A DNA stretch of 64,000 nt from Eledone cirrhosa (lineage: Eukaryota). Below the pieces are notes generated by a model, which saw only the letters and a list, made by a program, of their open reading frames with translations, had not been told where the DNA came from and ran no database searches. Both the position numbers and the translations under genes were made by a program. Below are positions 54,499 through 64,000 of the stretch, one piece after another (the stretch's first letter is position 1; the number at the start of each line of letters is the position of its first letter). The stretch is taken from NCBI GenBank assembly GCA_964016885.1, contig OZ024743.1:255936001-256000000 (forward strand), given 5' to 3'.

Positions 54499-54541
54499 AC
54501 GTTTCTGACGATAGCTAATAAGCTTGAACCTAGTACAGCGT
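54499..54541 (+). ncRNA. Hammerhead, probably inactivated copy (GAAC instead of GAAA)
   Basis: acgttt-CTGACGA-tagct aata agctt-GAAC-ctagt-a-cagcgt; same family as 8119-8161. Confidence 0.55.
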
Positions 54542-54808
54542 TCCTTTGTCAGGGTTGAACAAATGAGCAACGATGGTTGCTAGACACGGTACGGCTTAAT
54601 TCGGGATGTTTGTTTACAAACACACCGAGCAATATAATGAATGTTCGGTGAATCCATACGTACATATATATATGTGTGCATGTATGTATATATATATATA
54701 TACAAACTACTGTACGTCTGTATACATATATGTATAAACGTATACATACTTATATTTAAGTAACAGCCGCACTAAGAGTGAGAAATGAAATTTCGTTTCA
54801 TTTTTTCC

Positions 54809-54844
<36 letters not shown>

Positions 54845-54848
<4 letters not shown>

Positions 54849-55810
54849 ATAATCATAAATTTGAAGACTGACATCCAAAGAGGGCTCGATAAAGATAATT
54901 ATATATCAAATATATAAGAACCGTAGAGCAAATATTTATTAAAATAACAGATTAAAGTTTGAACAAAGAATCGCTGCTTTCACCCTTAACGGGATCTTCT
55001 GAAACTAACAAAGTCAATCTGTGAACGCAGAAATGAATATTTCAGAAAACGTTGCAACCGGAGGAAGACAGGAAGACGATACTTTGGTTCGTGGAAACGT
55101 TCCCTGGCAAAGAACGGGAAAAAACGAATATAATACGTCATTATTTGGAGCGGTGAAAAACAATTACACGCAAAGACAGAACCACGTTTATGGTATAAAA
55201 GAAGTCGTAGACTAATGTTCTCTTAGGTGGTTCATAGAGACGTTCTCTGGCAATGAACGGAAAAAACGAAGAAAATACGTCATATGTGGAGCGTGGAGAA
55301 CAATTGCACGCAAAGACAAAACCACGTAAATGGTATAACTGAAGTCGTAGACTAAAATTCTAACTAGGAAACCGAATGATTTTCCGCTTCAGAGTTAAGA
55401 ATAAAGTAAATAAAATACAGAGGTAAATGAAATTAAATACATACATACACGCATCCATATACGTACATACGCAAGCATACGCGAAAACACACGCCATAGG
55501 TATACAAATACAAGCACATATAAATATGTGTGTGTGTGTGTGTGTGCGTGTATACAAATAATTAAATAAACGTATATAAATAAATAAATACGTATAAAAC
55601 AAGCGCACACACATACCTACATGTAAATACACAAATGTTCGGAGACGAGCGTCAACCAAAACACAAAGTACACATATACACACACCCTACATACGTATGA
55701 ACCCGCATACTCACAACGACGCAAAACTCACGTATACACATAACCAAAAGCATATGTACCAGAATATAAGGGTGAAAGCAGCGATTCTTTGCTTAAACTT
55801 TAATCTGTAA

Positions 55811-55820
<10 letters not shown>
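54845..55820. mobile_element. Unclassified repeat with ~50-bp inverted ends and an internal ~135-bp tandem duplication
   Basis: 54935-54986 is inverted at 55768-55818; 55085-55220 recurs at 55228-55362; related copy at 25545-25930. Confidence 0.6.
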
Positions 55821-55842
<22 letters not shown>

Positions 55843-55864
55843 ATGGGTGCTGAATTAGCAATAT

Positions 55865-56165
55865 CTTTATTATTTATTTTATTTTATTTTATTTTATTTT
55901 ATTTTACATTACTCCGGAGTAACCAAACCAACCTGCGCACCACGTCGAGTGCTTCAATCTGCATACTAGGTGTGGTATACAACCAACATATACTCAAAGT
56001 TTATATATAGCAGTAATAAACGAAGCCAAATTTTAAACATTCGACTTGTTTATTTTATTTTATTTTACATTACTCCGGAGTAACCAGACCAACCTGCGCA
56101 CTTTGTCGAGTGCTCCATTCTGCATACTGAGGTGTTGGTATGCAACCAACATATACTCAAAATTT
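55865..56165 (+). repeat. Tandem dimer of the 3' tail of the 18445-22560 PLE family
   Basis: Two units matching 22405-22555. Confidence 0.8.
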
Positions 56166-56378
56166 ATATATATATATAATTGTTTCTACTTTTTGCATAA
56201 GGCCAGCAATTATCTCAGTGTATTACTGATACTTTATTTTATCAACCCCGTAAGGATGAAAGGCAAGGATGTTAAACGGTGATGATGATGATATTTATTT
56301 ATATACACATCATATTGTATATGTATACATATCTGGGTGTTTATTACTCGATGTATAATGTCAGCTGTTCTAATTTTG

Positions 56379-56424
<46 letters not shown>

Positions 56425-57223
56425 TGTTTCTACTATTGGCACAAGGACAGCAATTATCTCAGTGTATTGCTGGTACTTTATTTTATCGACCCCGTAAGGA
56501 TGAAAGGCAAAGTTAACCTCGGCGGGATTTGAACTCAGACCATAAAGGGACGTAACTGTTTGCTGCAAAGCATGACATCCGACCCTCTACCGATACTGCC
56601 AATCCACCATTGAAATATACCCATTCCTCCTTGTCACGTTTTAGTGCTGGTGAAATGACAAAATACACCGTCGGGGTCCCGACACTTTTCCTATATATAT
56701 ATACATATATATATGAATGTGTGTATAGTATATTTGGTAATATGTTTAAATAAAAACATTTTGAAGACCATTCGCTATGAATTTTAAAGTAGTGACTATG
56801 TCAATTACTTATTCTCAGCAAAAACAAAAGGAGAATGATCGACAGTCTGTTTCTCACTTGTTAGTGTTTATCAAGACCACACACTCCCCTGCCTTTGCTG
56901 AGAATTATAGAAGCTGGATTCTTATTGAATTCCAGTAATAATTGTTTCTACTTTTGACACAAGGCCAGCAATTATCCCAGTGTATTACTGGTGCTTTAAT
57001 TTATCGAGCCCGTAAGGATGAAAGGCAAATTTCACCTCGGCGGGATTTGAACTCAGGCCATAAAGGGCCGTATCTCTTAGCTGCAAAGCATGGCGTCAGA
57101 TGCTCTACCGATACTGTTAAACCACCACTCTTATTCCAGTAATAATTAAGAGCTGATTATACATATATATATATATAAGTATGTATACGTACATACATAT
57201 ATGTATACAGACGTACAGTAGTA

Positions 57224-57272
<49 letters not shown>

Positions 57273-57273
57273 G

Positions 57274-57324
<51 letters not shown>

Positions 57325-57325
57325 G

Positions 57326-57376
<51 letters not shown>

Positions 57377-57377
57377 G

Positions 57378-57424
<47 letters not shown>

Positions 57425-57515
57425 GTATGGATTCACCGAACATTTTACAAACACACCGAGCATTATAATAAATCTTCGGTGAATCCATACGTACATATAT
57501 ATATATGTGTGCATG

Positions 57516-57577
<62 letters not shown>

Positions 57578-57679
57578 CTACTGTACGTCTGTATACATAT
57601 ATGTATGTACGTAATCATACTTATATTTAAGTAACAGCCGTACTAAGAGTGAGAAATGAAATTTCGTTTCATTTTTTCC

Positions 57680-58355
<676 letters not shown>

Positions 58356-58362
58356 TAAGTTA

Positions 58363-58555
58363 AAACACACAGACAAACCGGTTTTTAGAGTCATACTGGT
58401 TTTTGAGGAAACACCTTTCCTCTATTCTCCAGAAAGCCAGACAATATTCCTTGTCCTTCCCTTGCCTTGCCCTTGTCTGGCTTTCTGGAGAATAGAGGAA
58501 AGGTGTTTCCTCAAAAACCAGTATGACTCTAAAAACCGGTTTGTCTGTGTGTTTA
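58363..58555. repeat. ~80-bp-arm perfect hairpin
   Basis: aaacacacagacaaaccgg...gccagacaa / ttgtctggc...tctgtgtgttt. Confidence 0.9.
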
Positions 58556-58762
58556 CATACAGAATAGCTGGACACTCACAGTAAAGTGACCAGTGAAAAA
58601 CTCGGTACATCTACATATGTATACGTGTGTGTATTCATATGCATATGTATTCATATTTCAGTATACATATGTGGATGTACATTTTTAACTTAATTGTTTA
58701 AGCGTCAGTCATACAAAAGTGAGTTACAAACGAAACGAAATTTAATTTCGTTTCGTTATTTG

Positions 58763-58826
<64 letters not shown>

Positions 58827-59261
58827 GTGGCTGACTAACCACATATGTATTTTCCTCCACAAACAATTTTCCTAATTTTCTTTCTTTTCTTACTCTTATC
58901 CATCATTCTATTTCTCATTCTCTCTCACCTATCTTCTGATGGACAATTAACTTCCAGAAAATTAAACTTTGTCAGATGGGCTTGCCAAAATAGATCTATT
59001 TATGTGAGGGCAGGAGAGATGGGTACTTGGTCAATTATCCCTCCCTCTCCACACCTACGCAACAGAGCAGACCTCTGTGATCTAAACACCATAATCATCT
59101 ATTTTCCTTGTCCTTTAGCTTGCATTGCATTGGAAACAATACCTTATTCCTGTCTGATGATTTAGCATTACTGGTTGCAGAATCGTAGCATCACATAGCC
59201 ATGATCACCATTGAAATATGTATCACAGCTTCACAATTGTCTTTATTTGAGTAGATGTATT

Positions 59262-60210
59262 GGTACCCTGGATTGGGGTAGATATAGCAGTACCTAGATT
59301 GGGGTAGATATAGTGGTACGCTGATTGGGGTAGATATAGTGGTACCTAGATTGGGGTAGATATAGTGGTACCCTGGATTGGGGTAGATATAGTAGTACCT
59401 AGATTGGGGTATGTATAGTGGTATCCTGATTGGGGTAGATATAGTGGTACGCTGATTGGGGTAGATATAGTGGTACCTAGATTGGGGTAGATATAGTGGT
59501 ACCTAGATTAGGGTAGATATAGTGGTATCCTAGATTGGGGTACATTTTTTGTAGCTATATTAGGGTAGATACAGGGGTAAATATAGTGATACCTACATTA
59601 GGGTATATATAGTAGTACCTAGATTGGGGTAGATATAGTGGTATCTAGATTGGGGTAGATATAATAGTACCCTTATTGGGGTAGATATAGTGGTACCCAG
59701 ATTAGGGTAAATATAATGGCACCTAGATTGGGGTAGATATAGTGGTACCTAGATTGGGGTAGATATAGTGGTACCCTGTTTGGGGTAGATATAGTAGTAC
59801 CTAGATTAGGGTAGATATAGTGGTTCCCTGATTAGGGTAGATATAGTGGTTTCCTAGATTGGGGTAGATATAGTGGTACCCTGATTGGGGTAGATATAGT
59901 AGTACCTAGATTGTGGTAAATATAGTGGTACCTAAATTAGGGTAGATATGGTGGTACCCTATATTGGGGTAGATATAGGTGTACCCAGATTGGGGTAAAT
60001 ATAATGGTACCTAGATTGGGGTAGATATAGTGGTACCCTGATTGTGGTAGATATAGTGGTACCCTGATTGGGGCAGATATAGGGGTACCCTGATTGGGGC
60101 AGATATAGTGGTACCTAGATTGGGGTAGATATAGCGGTACCTAGATTGGGGTAGATATAATAGTACACTGATTTGGGTAGATAGAGTGGTACCCTGATTA
60201 TGGTAGATAC
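59262..60210 (+). repeat. Minisatellite, 25-26-bp unit GTACCTAGATTGGGGTAGATATAGTG, about 35-37 copies
   Basis: Directly visible tandem array with variants. Confidence 0.95.
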
Positions 60211-60561
60211 ATCATGGGTAATGAAAAGAAAATGTGTGGTGCAGGGTGGACCAAAAAGATCTGAACATTTCCTGATTGTATCAATACTGTTTGGTACTGC
60301 TTTGACATCTACAGTTTATACCTGATGGAGAGTATGAACTCCCGCCTCATTAAAAGTTATTAAAAGTAGATTACTGATATAATAGATATAAAGACAGAGA
60401 GACAGGCAAACAAACATATAGATAGATATATAGATATATTTCTTTATTTGCCACAAGGGCATACAAGAAAAGGGGACAATACAAAGACATATGCCGGAGA
60501 TTTTACATACAATCGTGTAAAAATATTATTAAAACAAACAAATTTAACAATCGAAATCCCC

Positions 60562-61745
60562 AGATAGATAAATTTCTTTATTAGCCACAAGGGCACAAAA
60601 TAAGGGGACAAATACAAATGACGAGTTTACATACAGGTATATGAAAATAAAACTATTAATAAAATAAAAAATAACAATTGAAATCCCCAATATTGGGGAG
60701 GCGTTACACAGGGGTTGTACACACCCCGAAAAAATGTACAACCCTCATCTCCAGGAGCACCAAGAGTGGTACTCCCTTCCTCTCTTCCTCTTTTTCCTCA
60801 ACCTACAGGCTTATATAGAGAGAAGGCCCAACCACTCGGGCCATCTTTGCCACATTCACCCACCTTTTATAAAATTTGCTGCGATACAGCACCTCCGTCT
60901 CCATCCTGATTCTTCTTCCAAAATGATATTTGAAAAAACGAATCAGTTGCTCGCCGGAGAGAAAGGTGTCTGACCTCAGCCCTTTTAACCTCGTCCACCA
61001 TATAACCTCTTTCACCATAGCCATAACACATAGGAAATCCGCCTCTCCCTCGTTTTTGAAAGAGGGTGGCGGTTTTATCATGACAATGGACTTGGTGGTC
61101 AACTGGATTGGTTCCACCCGCGACAATAGTCGTTCTACATAGCCCCACAGGTCAGTGACGCCCGGGCAGTGTATGAATGCGTGCGCGACGGTTTCTTCGT
61201 TACGCACGCACCTCGGACAGATCTTTTTTGCAGGGTCCCTTCCCGGGCGCCCATGTCTGTAGAGCTTGTCTCGAACTGGTAGAGCTCCTCGGTAGCACTG
61301 CCAGGCCAGGGACTTTTGGAAGTTGTCCATCGGTCCCGGGCGGAAGGTCCTACCGCACAGACTGGCCAGTTCATCTTCCTCTACGCCTAGAGTTTCACCG
61401 AGCGCATCGTCGCACTTGCTGCGGATCAACCCTCTATAGAATGACGAAGTGGAGTCTCCACTGATCGCCGGGTCCGCCTGCCAGAGGGCTGTGAGCGCCT
61501 GAGCACATTCGATGTGCCAGTCGCCCATTTTCCTCGGTCTTTGCTTGGTCCTTTACCGGTCCTTCCGTCCAGCGTCTGACGACGCCATCGGAAGGCATCG
61601 GTTTGCCTCTCCACGTTCCGAGTTGCAAACCGACGGATTTGTCCCGGTTCAGCTTCGTTCCTGTGAACCTTTCGTATTCCTGTAGTAAGGTGCCGACCTC
61701 CCCGATTTGCGAGGTGCTCGACACCATTACTGTCACGTCGTCAGA
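60562..61745 (-). mobile_element. 5'-truncated Tx1/L1-type LINE (RT end + zf-RVT), internally deleted
   Basis: DDVTVMVS; ALPVRDKL...CPRC...ETVAHAFIHC; AATAAA followed by a (CTAT)n tail. Confidence 0.85.
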
Positions 61746-62049
61746 TAGATAGATAGATATGTTTCTTTATTAGTCACAGGGGCTCAAAAGAAGGGGACAA
61801 ATACAAAGGGGGAAGTTTACATACAATAAAAACGTGTAAAATATTATCACAAATGCAATTTAAAAGTTAATCGATTTTCCTCAATAGGGAGAGACATTTC
61901 ATATGGGTAACACATACCCCCGAAAAAATGTGCAACCCTCATCGCCAGGAGTACGAAGAGTTTGTACCCCTTTCCTCTCTTCCTCTTTTCCCTGAACCTA
62001 CAGGCTGATATAGAGAGAAGACCCATTCACTCGGGCCATTCTCGCCACT

Positions 62050-64000
62050 TAGATAGATAACTTTCTTTTTATTTGCCACCAGGGCATCAAAAGTGGGACA
62101 AGTACAAAGGGGGGAGTTTACATGCAAAGGCGTCCTCAATATGGAGGAGGCAATAACAAGATATAAAAGTATAAAAATAAAATAAAATATGACAAAATAA
62201 ATTTTATAACAAAATCCTCAATAGGGAGGAGGCGCCTTGGGGTGTCGCACACACCCCCGAAAAAAGTGTGCAACCCTTCTCCTCAGGAGCACAGAGAGGG
62301 GGTGCTCCCTTGGTCTTTCATCTTCGTCACCTATAGTCTGATGTAGAGTGAAGGCCCATTCACACGGGCCATTCTCGCCACTTTCACCCATCTTTCATAA
62401 AAACGGCTGGGGTGCCGCACATCTCTCTCCATCCTGATCCTTCTTCTGAAATGATATCGGAAGAAACGGACCAGTTGTTGGCCAGAGAGAAAGGTGTCTG
62501 ACCTCAGTCCTTTCAGACGCGTCCACCATACAACCTCTTTCGCCATGGCTATTACGCACAGAAACACCGCCTCTCCTTCGTATTTGAAGGAGGGTGGCGG
62601 TTTTATCGTTACAATAGACTCGGTGGTCAACCGGATCGGTCTCACCATTGACAGCAGTTGTTCGACATAGCCCCACAGATCGGCAATGCCCGAGCAGTGT
62701 ACCAAAGCGTGTGCAACGGTTTCCTCGTCGCACACGCATCTGGGACAGATCTTTTTCGAGGGGTCCCTACCCGGGCGCCCGTGTCTGTAGAGCCTTTCTC
62801 GAACGGGCAGAGCCCTTCTGTAGCATTGCCAGGCCAGGGACCTCTGGAAGTTATCCATGGGTCCCGGGCTGAATGTCCTACCGAACAGGATGCCCAGTTC
62901 GTCTTCCTCCATGCCTAGGGCTTCTCCGAGGGCGTCGTCGCACCTGCTAACCACCAGCCCTCTATAGAATGACGAGGTGGATTCTCCACTGACAGCCGGG
63001 TCCGCCTGCCCAGAAAGCCGTGAGAGCCTGGGCACACTCGGTGTGCCAGGCGCCCAGTTTTCTCGGTCTTTGCTTGACCCAGGATTGCAGCTCGGTGAGT
63101 GAGACGAGTCTGGGAAAGGCTCGCCTTACAAACGGGGCCCACACCGGTTGACCGGAGAGGAATACCTGGAGGTGCCGTAGCCTTAATGCGTGTTTACGTA
63201 TCATTAGCCACGGCATCCCCAGCCCACCTTTTGAAGGGTGTTGACAGCAGATGGATCTGCTCACCATAGGAGCCCGCTTCTTCCAAAAGAATTGGAAGAG
63301 TGCGCGCTCCATTTTGGCGAGCGTTTCCCTTGGGCAAGGCACAACGGTCAGGCGGTAGTAGATGACGGACGCTATATAAGTGTTCGCCACCTCCGCCCGA
63401 CCTTTCAGGAAAAGTTTGAACTCGGACCAATTCTGGGTCAGTGCAAACACCCTGTTCGTTACCTCACCCCAGTTCTTCTCCACATGGAGGTCTGGTCCGA
63501 ACAGACCCCGAGCAACTTCACCGGGCCCTCCGTCCAGCGTCCGACGACGCCATCGGAGGGCATCGATCTTCCCCTCCACGTGCCGAGTTGCAGACCGATC
63601 GACTTGTCCCGGTTCAGCTTAGGCCCTGTAAACCTTTCGTACTCCTCTAGTAAGGTGCCGATCGCCCCGATTTCCGAGGCCGTAGACACCATTACTGTTA
63701 CGTCGTCGGCGTATGCCGACACCGCTTTCCGCAATCCCGGTTCCAACGGGATGCCCTGCAACAACTCCAACTTCCAATGCTGTGGCTCTAGAGCCATTAC
63801 ATACAGAAGGGGGGAGAGAGGGCACCCTTGTCGGATGGACCGCGCGATTTCGAACGGCTCCTCGAGGTAGCCGTTCACCTTGACCCTAGAGCAGATGCGG
63901 CTGCTGTGCATGGCATTGATCCAGCCTCTGAAAACGGGTCCGAAGCCTGCCGCCGCTAGCACCGCATCCAGGTAACCATGGTCGACCCTATCGAACGCCT
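62050..64000 (-). mobile_element. Tx1/L1-type LINE ORF2 (frameshifted), running off the window
   Basis: IRQGCPLSPLLY, AYADDVTV, KGGLG, CPRC...ETVAHALVHC. Confidence 0.9.

Noticed and set aside
59262-60210. CRISPR-like array
   Set aside because: The units are contiguous with no unique spacers, there are no cas genes, and the context is eukaryotic.

Overview
AT-rich animal genomic DNA, almost entirely transposon-derived and interleaved with (TA)n/(CA)n/(TACA)n microsatellites. The repeat repertoire suggests an octopod cephalopod (inference). Most ORFs in the track are microsatellite artefacts. The window holds one apparently intact Penelope-like element (PLE; RT + GIY-YIG, Naiad-like; 537-2999 minus), several truncated or fold-back PLEs, decayed RTE LINEs with partner SINEs, Nin-domain-type tRNA SINEs, three non-autonomous Helitrons, mariner-like MITEs, a ~26-bp minisatellite and a Tx1/L1 cluster. 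The main hidden signal, found by eye, is about 24 type I hammerhead ribozyme (HHR) motifs from roughly a dozen sequence families. They sit in PLE UTRs and in many tiny non-coding fold-back elements inserted in (TA)n tracts. Several show compensatory base-pair changes, variant cores (C3U/G8A, U4C, A13C), or very long stem II insertions. A probable exon of a Dachs-like unconventional myosin (IQ motif, one in-frame TGA) lies on the minus strand and may be part of a decayed host gene. All calls come from manual reading; no folding software or database searches were run, and element boundaries are approximate.
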